Below, in pieces: positions 11,500-22,100 of a stretch of DNA of 64,000 nucleotides. How positions within the stretch are numbered: the first letter of the stretch is position 1; every line of letters starts with the position of its first letter. Position numbers and translations under genes: made by a program. The notes beneath the pieces were generated by a model that was not told the DNA's origin, searched no databases, and saw nothing but the letters and a program-made list of their open reading frames with translations. The stretch comes from Candidatus Cloacimonadota bacterium. Its GTDB lineage: Bacteria; Cloacimonadota; Cloacimonadia; G963667145. Location of the stretch: assembly GCA_963667255.1 (NCBI GenBank), contig OY762940.1, positions 1,152,001-1,216,000 of the forward strand. Direction: 5' to 3'.

Positions 11500-11967
11500 A
11501 TGAATAATATCAAAATAAACGAGGGCTTTCTTAAGGCGAAGGATTTTACTTTTGCCATAGTTTTAAGCAGATTTAACGAATTTATCGGGAATAAACTTCT
11601 AGGCGGAGCAATCGATGCTTTGGTTCGTCATGATGCAAAAAAAGAGAATATTCAAGTTTTTTGGGTTCCGGGAGCTTACGAAATCCCTCTTGTTGCTCAA
11701 AAAGTAGCTAACAAATTTGATGCGGTAATTTGCTTGGGAGCTGTTATCAGAGGAGCGACTCCTCATTTTGATTATGTTGCCGCAGAGGTAAGCAAAGGAA
11801 TTGCCAAGGTCTCTTTGGATAGCGGAAAACCAATTGTTTTTGGAGTTTTGACGGTTGACAATTTAGAGCAAGCGATAGAGCGAGCAGGAACAAAATCTGG
11901 AAACAAGGGTTTTGATGCAGCAATTTCTGCCATTGAGATGGTAAATTTGTTAAAGAATATCGGGTAA
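11500..11967 (+). CDS. ribH: 6,7-dimethyl-8-ribityllumazine synthase
   Basis: [43 protein letters not shown] 11500 after AAGGAG. Confidence 0.97.
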   Translation: MNNIKINEGFLKAKDFTFAIVLSRFNEFIGNKLLGGAIDALVRHDAKKENIQVFWVPGAYEIPLVAQKVANKFDAVICLGAVIRGATPHFDYVAAEVSKGIAKVSLDSGKPIVFGVLTVDNLEQAIERAGTKSGNKGFDAAISAIEMVNLLKNIG

Positions 11968-12070
11968 AAAAATATGAGAAAATTTACGCCACAAATAAGA
12001 CTTGATATATTAGTCAAAATCTCCGAATGTGGTTTTGTATTTTAAGAAACGAGATTTTTAAGGGGATTTT

Positions 12071-13243
12071 ATGAAATTTATAGAGCCTGATTTGGTTGTA
12101 AAGTTGATAGACGAGTATGAGTTGTCGCCGCTATCGGTGGAGACCGTTTCGTTGAGTGAGGCTTTGGATAGAACTTTGGCGGAAGATGTGGTATCGCCAT
12201 TTGATCAGCCCGCTTATGACAAGGCTTTGAAAGACGGCTATGCTTACAGAAGCACCGATTTTTTGCCCAAAATAGTGGCTGTGCAAAAAGCCGGAGAAGG
12301 TTTGGAGCGGAAATACGCAGAAGGCGAATGTGTCAAAATTATGACAGGTGCGGTTGTGCCCAAAGATTTTGATTTATTAGTGCCTGTGGAAGATGTGCAG
12401 ATTGACGGCAATAAGTTGGTGGTGAAAGGGGAAGTTGCCAATAATATTTGTTATCAGGGCGAATATGTGAAAAATGGCGAGACGATTTTGCATTCGGGGC
12501 AAAAAATTTTTCCTCAAACCATTGGGATTTTGGCATCTGTAGGCAAGAGAGAGATTAAGGTTTATAAAAATCCCAGAGTTGGTATTTTGGTGACCGGCGA
12601 TGAGTTGGTGGAAGATTTTAGCGATTTGGCAAGTGGCAAGAAGTTCGATAGCAACAGCCCTATGTTGGCGGCTCAGGTGCGAAATTTGGGTGCTATTCCT
12701 GTGGAATACAGAGTAGTTAGCGACGATTTGTCTGCGACTGTGGATGCTATTAAAAAAGCGGTTTCGGAGTGCGATTTGGTGCTTTCTTCGGGCGGTGCAT
12801 CTATGGGCGATTTTGATTATATTCCCAAGGCGTTGCAAGAGTTGGGAGCGAAATTTATTTTCCAAAAAATGAAGTTTAAGCCCGGGAAGCCGACTTTTTT
12901 TTCCGAAGTGATGGGCAAGCCGTATTTTGCTTTACCTGGTAATCAGGTTTCCAGTTTTGTGGTTTTTCATTTGTTTGCTTCACGACTGATTAGGAGATTT
13001 CTTGGTTTATCTCCAAATTCCCTTATACTCGATTTGCCAATGGCGAAAGAGTTTGTCCGCACCAAAGATTTGGACAGACAGGAATATCGACCTGCCAAGA
13101 TAGTTGAGGGGAAAATTGAAGTTTGCAATTTCGTAAATTCTGGTCATTTGTTGTCTTTGAACGAAATTGATGGCTTGGTGGAGTTGAGGATAGAGCAGAA
13201 TATTTTACTTGCAGATTCGATACAAAAGATTTATTTGTTGTGA
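12071..13243 (+). CDS. moeA: Molybdopterin molybdotransferase MoeA
   Basis: DGYA, IMTGAVVP, TGDEL, DSNSPML, SGGASMGDFD, KPGKP, LPGN. Confidence 0.92.
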   Translation: MKFIEPDLVVKLIDEYELSPLSVETVSLSEALDRTLAEDVVSPFDQPAYDKALKDGYAYRSTDFLPKIVAVQKAGEGLERKYAEGECVKIMTGAVVPKDFDLLVPVEDVQIDGNKLVVKGEVANNICYQGEYVKNGETILHSGQKIFPQTIGILASVGKREIKVYKNPRVGILVTGDELVEDFSDLASGKKFDSNSPMLAAQVRNLGAIPVEYRVVSDDLSATVDAIKKAVSECDLVLSSGGASMGDFDYIPKALQELGAKFIFQKMKFKPGKPTFFSEVMGKPYFALPGNQVSSFVVFHLFASRLIRRFLGLSPNSLILDLPMAKEFVRTKDLDRQEYRPAKIVEGKIEVCNFVNSGHLLSLNEIDGLVELRIEQNILLADSIQKIYLL

Positions 13244-13372
13244 ATTATTTTTTGATTTTTCGGACAGATTAAAAGACGAGCGAGAAAGGGGAATTAATAA
13301 TGCACACTAATACAAATTTCCCGCCGATAATTTATTGACTAATAAAGCCTTCGTTCATTTCTTTGAGAGCGT

Positions 13373-14107
13373 ATGAAAATCAACGAAATTTTGAATAATC
13401 TAAATAATTTTGCTCCTTGGGAGTCGGCATCGCATTGGGATAATGTGGGGCTTTTGATTGGTAGAGTTGATAGGGATGTGGCTAAGGCTGTTGTTTGTTT
13501 GGATATAGACGAAACGGTGGTCGATTTGGCGGTTGAAGTTGGTGCAAATTTGATAGTTTCTCATCATCCTTTATTTATTTCTCCTTTGAAATCCATTCGC
13601 AACGAGCTTTATCTGCGAATTATAGAAAATAAGATTAATGTGATTTGTGCTCACACCAATTTGGATATAGCCGAAAAGGGAATAAATTACAGATTAGCAA
13701 ATTTGCTGGAATTGACCGAAATAAGCCACATTAGTGAAACAGAAGAGTTCGGACTAATAGGCAAAATTCCCGAAACGGCAATTGCTGATTTTGCAGAATT
13801 TGTGAAGGAGAGGTTGCAGGCTCCGTTTGTGAAGCTCTATGCGTTGCAGGACAAGGTGCGAACTGTGGCTGTTTGTGGCGGTAATGGCAGTCATCTGTTG
13901 CCTCTTTTAGAAGGGAAAGCTGACATTTTGGTCTCGGCGGATTTTAAATATCATCAGATTATAGACAGTAAAATTTCCATTCTCGATGTAGGTCACTATT
14001 GGAGCGAGAGAGTTGCTATTGAGATTTTACAGACGGAATTAAATAAAATGAACATTGAGTGCTTTGTGCCGGATAGACACAAAATACAGCAATTAGAGGT
14101 AATATGA
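13373..14107 (+). CDS. Nif3-like dinuclear metal centre protein (short form)
   Basis: WDNVGLLIG, SHHPL, HTNLD, D.GHYWSE. Confidence 0.92.
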   Translation: MKINEILNNLNNFAPWESASHWDNVGLLIGRVDRDVAKAVVCLDIDETVVDLAVEVGANLIVSHHPLFISPLKSIRNELYLRIIENKINVICAHTNLDIAEKGINYRLANLLELTEISHISETEEFGLIGKIPETAIADFAEFVKERLQAPFVKLYALQDKVRTVAVCGGNGSHLLPLLEGKADILVSADFKYHQIIDSKISILDVGHYWSERVAIEILQTELNKMNIECFVPDRHKIQQLEVI

Positions 14108-14391
14108 AAGTAATTTTCAAAGATGTCTCCAAGGGTGTCGTGGACTCACGGGCTATCATCGAGATATGCGAGGGCGTGTATATAAACGAGGTTTCTATTT
14201 TGCGAAAGGACGGTCATTTGCAGGTGGAATTTCCTCAAAAATCTTTCAAAGGGAAAGACGGCAAAATGCATTGGATGGATATTCTCACCTTTCGTGATGA
14301 GGACAAAAAAACCTTGTTTCAGATGGAGATTTTGCAACTTCACGACCAATGGCGAAAGAAGAACAAAAAAGTGCTGATTTATGAATCTTAA
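14104..14391 (+). CDS. SpoVG-like small protein (divergent)
   Basis: Pattern A.I.I.EGVYINEVSILRKDGHLQVEFPQK...DG...DI resembles SpoVG; coupled to both neighbours. Confidence 0.55.
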   Translation: MKVIFKDVSKGVVDSRAIIEICEGVYINEVSILRKDGHLQVEFPQKSFKGKDGKMHWMDILTFRDEDKKTLFQMEILQLHDQWRKKNKKVLIYES

Positions 14392-15568
14392 ACTCGTTGT
14401 TTTTGACGATTCGGACAATCGATATCTTTCTCCGTTCAGCTCTTCGCGTGGTGTTTCCTCATTGCGGCATGGGTGCTTTACGCAAGGGCAGAAAATAGTA
14501 AAATTGTTTGAGGATTTTGCGGAGTTTGAAAATTGTCAAAAGCTGAATGAGTTGAAATTATCAGCAGGGGAATATTTGTTTGTAAATTCTGGTGCAAAGC
14601 TGGACACTGATGTGTTGGAGGAGATAAAATCGCTGGTGGCTGATAGCTCATTGGTTGAGAAATTATCTGGAAGAGTTGTTGCCATTAGGGTTAAGATTCC
14701 CGAAAGTTTTACCTACGAAAGACTCAAAGACTGTAGTGATGTTAAATATTGTGAAGGTGCTTTGTTCCAGCATTGGTGGGAGTTGGTAGCTGATAACGGG
14801 AAGCTGATTGACGAAGATTTCAAGTTAGTTTACGATAGAGCCGATAGCTTTAGCATTCCCAATCAATTTGTGACGATGCTCAATCCTTACAGCGTTTGGC
14901 TTGGCAAAGATGTTACCATCGACCCAGGAGCAGTGATAGATGCCCGAGATGGAGCGGTTGTTATCGAAGATGGTGCTAAAATTGGCAGTCAGGCAGTTGT
15001 GCAAGGACCTTGCTATATTGGGGGAAATTCCCTGATAAATCCTTTTGCTCATCTGAAAAACGGGACGACAATCGGCAATTTTTGTAAAATCGGGGGCGAG
15101 GTTGATGGAGCGATTATTGACGATTTTTCCAATAAACAGCACTACGGATTTATTGGCGAGAGTTACATCGGTTCTTGGGTAAACTTGGGTGCAGGGACGA
15201 CTTGTTCCGATTTGAAGAACAACTATTCGCAGGTAAAATCTTTCTCTTTTGGGCAAGACAAAATTAATACCAAGAGGCAGTTTTTGGGTTGTGTTATCGG
15301 TGATTACACCAAATTGGGAATAGGCTCCATGATAAACACCGGAGCGTATATCGGCACGGCTTGTTGTCTTTTTGGGACGAAGTTGATTGAGGGCAAAATT
15401 GATGATTTTAGATTTGGCACTGTGGAGAGCGTTTCCCTTTATGAAATAGACAAGTTCTTTGCATCGCTGAAGATTATGATGGCTCGAAGAGGGAAGGAAA
15501 TAACCTCCGAGGAAAAGAAAAATTTGGAAAATATTTATAAAAAAGAGTTAAAATTTTATGGCTGTTAA
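14381..15568 (+). CDS. GlmU-related putative sugar nucleotidyl/acyl-transferase with hexapeptide repeats
   Basis: LSPF..SR....LRHG N-terminus; left-handed beta-helix GPCYIG, KIGGEV, NKQHYGFIG.SYIGSWVNLGAGT..SDLKNNY. Confidence 0.8.
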   Translation: MNLKLVVFDDSDNRYLSPFSSSRGVSSLRHGCFTQGQKIVKLFEDFAEFENCQKLNELKLSAGEYLFVNSGAKLDTDVLEEIKSLVADSSLVEKLSGRVVAIRVKIPESFTYERLKDCSDVKYCEGALFQHWWELVADNGKLIDEDFKLVYDRADSFSIPNQFVTMLNPYSVWLGKDVTIDPGAVIDARDGAVVIEDGAKIGSQAVVQGPCYIGGNSLINPFAHLKNGTTIGNFCKIGGEVDGAIIDDFSNKQHYGFIGESYIGSWVNLGAGTTCSDLKNNYSQVKSFSFGQDKINTKRQFLGCVIGDYTKLGIGSMINTGAYIGTACCLFGTKLIEGKIDDFRFGTVESVSLYEIDKFFASLKIMMARRGKEITSEEKKNLENIYKKELKFYGC

Positions 15569-16349
15569 AATTACATTTAGAACCGGCAGACAACAGTTTT
15601 ATCATTCACCAGAGTTTGATATTTCGCCTTTGCAACGCGTGATTGTCAATTTGGAATACGGTTACGATATTGCTACGGTGGTTTCTGTCGGAGAAGAGTT
15701 TGCAGTAGAGGAAGAGTATAAGAAGATATTGCGGGTTGCTGATGAAAAGGATTTGGCAAAGTTGCACGCTCTGAAAGACGAGGAGAAGAAAGCCGAAGAG
15801 ATTTACAATAAGACAATTACGCATCACTCCATCGAGATGAATCTTTTTTATGGTGTTCAGCAATTCGACGGTAAGAAGATGCTATTTTTGTTTACTTCCG
15901 AGGGGCGAGTCGATTTTAGAGAGTTTGCCAAAGAGTTGGCGACGATTTTTGGGAAGCGAATAGAGTTTATTCAGATTTCTTCACGAGATAGGACAAAAAA
16001 TATGGGTGGAATAGGCTCGTGTGGTCGCCCTTATTGTTGTCATGGACATCTTGAAAAATTCCAGCCAATTTCCGTTAAAATGGTTAAGCAACAAAATCTT
16101 TCCGGCAATTTGTCGCAAATATCAGGACCTTGCGGGCGACTTTTGTGTTGTTTGGATTACGAAAAAGAGATTTATCAGGAATACCCGAAAATCGGCTCGA
16201 AAATCAGATATAAGGGCGAAAATTATCTAATCAACTTCAACGATATTTCCAAAGAAGTTGTGCATTTGATTGGATTAAAAGAGGGTCAAGCACCTTTGGA
16301 ATTGCCTTTGGAGATAGTTAAAAAGTTCATAGGAAATCAAGAAGAATGA
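15558..16349 (+). CDS. PSP1-domain protein, RicT/YaaT family
   Basis: F.FTSEGRVDFRE, GGIGSCGRPYCC, SGPCGRLLCCLDYE. Confidence 0.9.
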   Translation: MAVKITFRTGRQQFYHSPEFDISPLQRVIVNLEYGYDIATVVSVGEEFAVEEEYKKILRVADEKDLAKLHALKDEEKKAEEIYNKTITHHSIEMNLFYGVQQFDGKKMLFLFTSEGRVDFREFAKELATIFGKRIEFIQISSRDRTKNMGGIGSCGRPYCCHGHLEKFQPISVKMVKQQNLSGNLSQISGPCGRLLCCLDYEKEIYQEYPKIGSKIRYKGENYLINFNDISKEVVHLIGLKEGQAPLELPLEIVKKFIGNQEE

Positions 16350-18208
16350 TTTTATCTGCCGGCGATTTGTGTGTCGGCTATTCCGATAAAGAACTCTTGA
16401 CCGGCGTATCGTTTATGATACAAGATGCCGATAAAATCGGCGTAATTGGCGATAACGGTTGTGGGAAATCCTCTTTATTTTCCGCTATCTTGGACGGAAG
16501 AACGCTGCTAAAAGGGAAAGTCGACAAAAAATCCAATCTCAAAATTGCTGTTCTTGAGCAACAATTTCAGGGTAATCACAATGTTTCTGTTTGGGAATTT
16601 GTTGCTGGAGTTGGCAAAGAGCTTTACGACTTGGAGCGGGAAATTCATCAACTTACGCAAAAATTGGCTGTTGAGAAAAATTATGAAGAGATTCACCAAC
16701 TGGCGAATTTGCAAGAGAAGTTTGAAGCGTTGGGTGGATTTGTCTTGGATTCCAAAATTAAGTCCGTTCTTGTTCATCTGAATTTCAATGAGGAGAGTTG
16801 GGATTTGCCCTTAAGAAGTTTGAGCGGAGGTCAACTCGCCCGTTTACAATTGGCAAAAGTTCTTTTGTCCGATTTTGACTTGCTTCTTTTGGACGAACCG
16901 ACCAACCATCTTGATTTCGTGATGATATCTTGGCTTGAGAAGTATCTGACCAACTTGAGAAAGCCTTATATGGTGATTTCGCACAACAGAGGTTTTCTCG
17001 ATAAAGTTACCACTAAGCTTTTTCATCTGCATCACAAGAGGCTTAGGATTTATAACGGGAATTTTAACCATTTTCAAGAAGAGTTTGCTCTGCTGTGCGG
17101 TCAGCAAAAGAAAAGATACAATCTTCAGCAAAAAGAGATATCCAAAACCAAAGATTTTATTGCTCGCAATATGGCAGGACAAAAGACCAAGCAGGCAGCT
17201 TCCCGCCTGAAGACTTTGAACAAAATGGAAATTTTGGAAAAGCCACAAGAAGAAAGAGGTATGCTTCTCGCTTTTAACGGGACAATGCGAACGGGCGAGA
17301 AAGTAATTGAATGTCTCAATTTGTCTGTCGGCTATCAGGATAAAGTTGTGGTTGGGGACATCAATCTTTTGCTTTCCTGTGGAGATAGAGTAGCTTTAAT
17401 TGGTAAAAATGGCTGTGGGAAATCGACATTTTTGTCAACGATATGTGGTAAGTTGCCACTTCTCTCTGGCGAAGTGAAGCAAGGCAGCAATCTGAAAATC
17501 GGATACTTTGAACAAAGCAACTACGATTTCCCGCTTGAGCAGACTGTTTTGCAAAGCATTTGGGACTTGATGCCCGGTGAGCCGATTGGCAAGCCTTTGT
17601 CATATTTGGCAGCTTATGAGTTCATTGGGGACGATGTTGAACGGAAAATTTCCACCTTGAGCGGAGGAGAGAAATCCAGATTGCATCTTGCCAGACTTAT
17701 CTTGCAAAATCCCAATTTTCTTGTTTTGGATGAGCCGACCAATCACTTGGATTTGAAGATGATTTTAGCGTTGGAGAACGCTTTGTCTGCTTATAAAGGC
17801 AGTTTGCTTTTTGTGTGCCATGACAAATATTTTGTAGATAAATTGGCGACGAAATTTTGGATTTTTTCCGACAATACTATCAAAGAGAGTTTGGATTGCG
17901 ACTACGAGAATTTTGTTTATGAAAAGAGAAAAAAAACAAAAAAAGAGATAGAAAAGCCGAAAAATCAACGAGTAAATCCGCATAAATTGCAAGCAATGGA
18001 ACAGGAAATATTCGAGATTGAGGAGAGGTTGGACAGTGTTAGAAATGAGCTTGAAGATAACTATGCTCTATTGTCCGACAAGAAGGTCTATCAAAACAAA
18101 GAGTTGTTGGAAAATCTTCACAATAAAATTGCAGAGCAGAAGCTGATTGCGAAAAGTCTTGAAAAGAGTTTGGAAGAGAAAGAAACGGTTTATTTGAAAT
18201 TGTGTTGA
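16346..18208 (+). CDS. ABC-F family ATPase
   Basis: Two ABC domains (GDNGCGKS, GKNGCGKS; LSGG; LDEPTNHLD twice), no TM segments, C-terminal coiled coil. Confidence 0.95.
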   Translation: MILSAGDLCVGYSDKELLTGVSFMIQDADKIGVIGDNGCGKSSLFSAILDGRTLLKGKVDKKSNLKIAVLEQQFQGNHNVSVWEFVAGVGKELYDLEREIHQLTQKLAVEKNYEEIHQLANLQEKFEALGGFVLDSKIKSVLVHLNFNEESWDLPLRSLSGGQLARLQLAKVLLSDFDLLLLDEPTNHLDFVMISWLEKYLTNLRKPYMVISHNRGFLDKVTTKLFHLHHKRLRIYNGNFNHFQEEFALLCGQQKKRYNLQQKEISKTKDFIARNMAGQKTKQAASRLKTLNKMEILEKPQEERGMLLAFNGTMRTGEKVIECLNLSVGYQDKVVVGDINLLLSCGDRVALIGKNGCGKSTFLSTICGKLPLLSGEVKQGSNLKIGYFEQSNYDFPLEQTVLQSIWDLMPGEPIGKPLSYLAAYEFIGDDVERKISTLSGGEKSRLHLARLILQNPNFLVLDEPTNHLDLKMILALENALSAYKGSLLFVCHDKYFVDKLATKFWIFSDNTIKESLDCDYENFVYEKRKKTKKEIEKPKNQRVNPHKLQAMEQEIFEIEERLDSVRNELEDNYALLSDKKVYQNKELLENLHNKIAEQKLIAKSLEKSLEEKETVYLKLC

Positions 18209-19053
18209 TTTTCGCTGTAAAAGACTAAAAAGCTGTAGGTCAATTTTATTATTTTGTTCAGAGTCTTGGGACTGCAATTTTCAGGTGTGTCGTAGATAGT
18301 GTGATGGTATTTATACGGCCAACCGATTACAGCGATAGTCGGCACTCCCAGAGAGATAAAGGGGAGATGATCGTCATATATCCATGAACCTTCGTTTGTG
18401 CTCAGCTTTCCCCTTTTCCAAAAAATATTGTTAATCTCAGGGAAAGAGGATTTAACGAATTTTTCTTGAGGAAATTCTTGTTTTTTCCCTGCTATCATAT
18501 CTAATAAGATTACCAAATTATAAGTATTTACAGATATTTTGTTGCAAAAATTTTTCGAGCCTAACGCCCAGTATTCTGATGAGTTATTATCGCCTTGGTC
18601 TTCCAAATCGAAGAAAGCAAAGTCCAAACCGATTTTGGTAGTGTAGCTGGAGTTCGCTTTGGCGATGGAGAGCAATGCGGCAACTCCGCTAGCTCCATCG
18701 TTTGCTCCCAATACTGGAAGATGAGCAGTCTTTTTGTCGTCGTCAGCTGTATATCTAGAGTCATAGTGAGTGCAGAGCAAGATTCTTTCTTGAATTTCCG
18801 GATTTAGTCTCGCTACAATATTTACGCCGATTTGGGCTTTATTCCGCAAAATTGTAAAAAAAGTGTCTTCCCTGATTTTGATACTGGGGAGAGCACTCAG
18901 ATTACTGACGATGTATTGTCTAGTTCTGGCTATAGCTTTGGAATTTGGCACACGAGGACCGAATTTTGAGATATCCTCAAGATAACCAAAAGCGTTGGGG
19001 AAAGCCTCAACACACCAAAAAACTATGCAGAAAACAACTATTTTTTTTTTCAT
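18190..19053 (-). CDS. M28 family peptidase / glutaminyl cyclase-like, exported
   Basis: THYDSR, GANDGASG, FDLED.G, LLDMI, DDHLPF, HHT..DT; signal peptide. Confidence 0.88.
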   Translation of the reverse strand: MKKKIVVFCIVFWCVEAFPNAFGYLEDISKFGPRVPNSKAIARTRQYIVSNLSALPSIKIREDTFFTILRNKAQIGVNIVARLNPEIQERILLCTHYDSRYTADDDKKTAHLPVLGANDGASGVAALLSIAKANSSYTTKIGLDFAFFDLEDQGDNNSSEYWALGSKNFCNKISVNTYNLVILLDMIAGKKQEFPQEKFVKSSFPEINNIFWKRGKLSTNEGSWIYDDHLPFISLGVPTIAVIGWPYKYHHTIYDTPENCSPKTLNKIIKLTYSFLVFYSENQHNFK

Positions 19054-19110
19054 ATTCTTCTAAAACTATTGACAACAGGTTTTTTTCATAGATTGTGTAA
19101 AGAGAAAATT

Positions 19111-22100
19111 ATGAAAAGTATTCTTGATAAAATTGCCGAATCGTCTTTGATAAAAGAGTTTTTATCTTTGCCCGAGAGAACGGTTTTTGGGACTAATTGT
19201 GCGTTAGACATAGCTTTGCGGTTATATTTTTTGAGTGTAGATAAGAAGAAAAAAGTTCTTTTTATCAGTTCAGATATTGCAAAAATTCAGGAGATTATTT
19301 CCGATATCAACAAAATTCAAAGCGATTTTGCCCATTTTTTACCAGATTTTGATTTGTTGCCTTATGAGGGCAGGTCTTCGTCTTTGGGCGTTTTGGAACA
19401 AAGAATTGTGGTTTTGGATAGTTTTTTCTCTAATAAATCTGGAGTTTATTGTCTCTCGCCGTCTGCGGCTTTACGCAATTTGCCTAAAAAAAGCAAATTT
19501 ACCTCTATCAAGTTGCAAGTTGGGGAAGAGATTTCCCAAGAGGTTTTGAGCGAAAAATTGATAGGATTGGGATATTGCAAAAGCTATCAAGTGTATAATG
19601 GTGGAGAGTTTGCAACTCGAGGAGAAATTTTCGACATTTGTATCCCGGGAGAGGAATCCGGAGTGCGAATAGAGTATGAATACGATACGATTTCCAAAAT
19701 TCGCTATTTTGATTTGCAAACGCAGTTAACAACCATAGAACTCAAGCTGATAAGGATTTTGCCTGCAAGAGAGTTTTCCTTATTTGAGGCTGTCCCCACG
19801 AGTGACAAACTTGGTGACAAGATAAAAGAGTTTGGCTATTATCATGGAATTGAGAACGATTTGTCAGGGATTTTCTCTGTTGAAGCTATGATAGAAAAGC
19901 AGAATGTCCTAATCTTTTTGGACGATTTGGATTTGTCGTCTGTTCATGCGGAGTTGGTAAAAGAGGCTGATTTGGCTATGCAAGAGGCAGAGAGACCTTT
20001 GGTAGAATTTTGGGATATTTTTGTCAAAGATGATGTGTTAAACTCCGTTTTGCAATCGACCTACTTTCTTAGCAATATCTACGATTCTGAAAAAGAATTT
20101 TTGCCCTCGCCTATGCAAGTTGGGATGAATTTTCAGGGGAATTTGGAACTTTTGCGTTTGGAGATAAAAAATCTTTCCGATAGTGGTCATGCCATAGTTT
20201 TGCAGGCAGATAACAAGGCTCAAATCAAGAGAGTTAAGAAAATTTTGAATAACGAATTTGAAATTTCTTATAATCTCGGTGTTTTTTCTACAGGTTTTTC
20301 GTTAGAGGATGTGCAACTTTCCGTTTTTACTGACCATCAGATTTTTAACCGCTATATCTCTAAACAAAACTCTTTTAAAGGCAATCCCACAATAAAGAAA
20401 GCGGAGACTTTGCAACAAGGCGAATATTTGGTTCATTCCGACTATGGGATTGGAATTTACGGGGGATTAAAAACCACTGTAGTTGATGGGAAAACCATTG
20501 AATGCTTGGTGTTGTATTATCAAGGCGGAGATGCAATTTACTTGCCGTCATACGCTTTGGATAAGGTGTCCAAATTCGTGGCTGCTGAGGGAATAGAGGT
20601 CAAGCAAGACAAAATCGGCTCGAAGCGATGGCAAAATACTAAACTCAAGGTCAAAGAGCAGATTAAGGTGGTTGCTAAAGATTTGGTTGATTTTTATGCC
20701 AAGAGGTCTAAAGAAAGAGGGATTCCTTTTTTGCCAGATAATGAGTTGCAGGAGAGTATGGAGAATGAATTTTTGTATGAGCCGACCAGAGACCAAGCGG
20801 AGGCGATTTGTCAGATAAAAAAGGATATGGAGTCGGACAAACCGATGGAACGGCTTTTGTGCGGAGATGTGGGCTATGGCAAGACTGAGGTCGCCGTCAG
20901 GGCTGCTTTCAAAGCGGTTTCTTCTTCGTATCAGGTTGCTGTTTTGTCGCCGACTACGCTACTTTGCGAGCAATTGTTCACCGTGTTTTCGCAGAGACTC
21001 GCTATGTATCCAGTCAGAATAAAAATGTTGAGCAGATTTGTGAAAAAAAGCGAGCAAAAGAAAACAGTGTCTGAACTGGCAGAAGGTAAAGTGGACATTG
21101 TAATTGGCACGCACAGATTGTTGTCTTCCGATATAAATTTCTCCAAATTGGGCTTGTTGATTATCGATGAGGAGCACAGATTTGGAGTGAGGGCGAAGGA
21201 GAAATTGCGAAAGTTGAGAAGAAACATCGACACTCTCTATATGTCGGCAACTCCTATCCCGCGAACGCTGAATATGGCTTTGAGCGGTGTAAAAGACATA
21301 AGTTTGATTTTGTCCGGTCCAAAATACCGATTGCCAGTGAAGACGGTTGTTAGCTACTATCAGAAAAATTTATTGAAACATGCTATACAGAAAGAGGTGA
21401 ATAGAGGCGGTCAGGTTTTCTTTGTGCACAATAGAGTCGAGAGTATTGGCAAGGAGTTGGAGAAACTTCAGGAATTGCTGCCGAATGTGAGTATGAAAGC
21501 TGCTCATGGGCAGATGAAAGAGACGGAGTTGGAGGAGATAATTCTCGATTTTTACCACAACAAATTTTCCGTTTTGGTTTGCACGGGCATTATTGAGAAT
21601 GGGATTGATATCGCCAATGCAAATACGATGATAGTGAATCGAGCCGATTTATTTGGGCTATCGAGTTTGTATCAGCTTCGTGGTCGCGTAGGCAGGAGTT
21701 CCCAGAGAGCGTATTGTTATTATTTGCTGCCCAAGCATTCCGATTTGCACCAGTATAAGAGGCTACAATCCTTGTCCGAGCAGGGAAGCAACGGTTATAA
21801 GGTGGCGATGTTGGACATGCAAATTAGGGGAGTTGGTTCGATGGTCGGCACGGGGCAATCTGGCAATATTGCTCAGATAGGTTTCAACTATTATAACAAT
21901 TTGCTACGAGATGCCATAACCAATATGGGCGAAAAAGAGCATTACAAGGTCAAAGAGGTTGATGTCAACTTGGATGGAGAGTTTTATATTCCTGCTGATT
22001 ATATCGCCGATGCGGAGTTGAGATTGGAGATTTATTCCCGAATGCTTAATTTCAAATCCAAGACCGATTTTGACCAGTTGGTTTTCGAGTTGGAGGACAG

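Noticed and set aside
13244..13372. Possible regulatory RNA between moeA and the Nif3 gene
   Set aside because: Only weak pairing (gggaatt/aatttcc) and no recognisable riboswitch consensus
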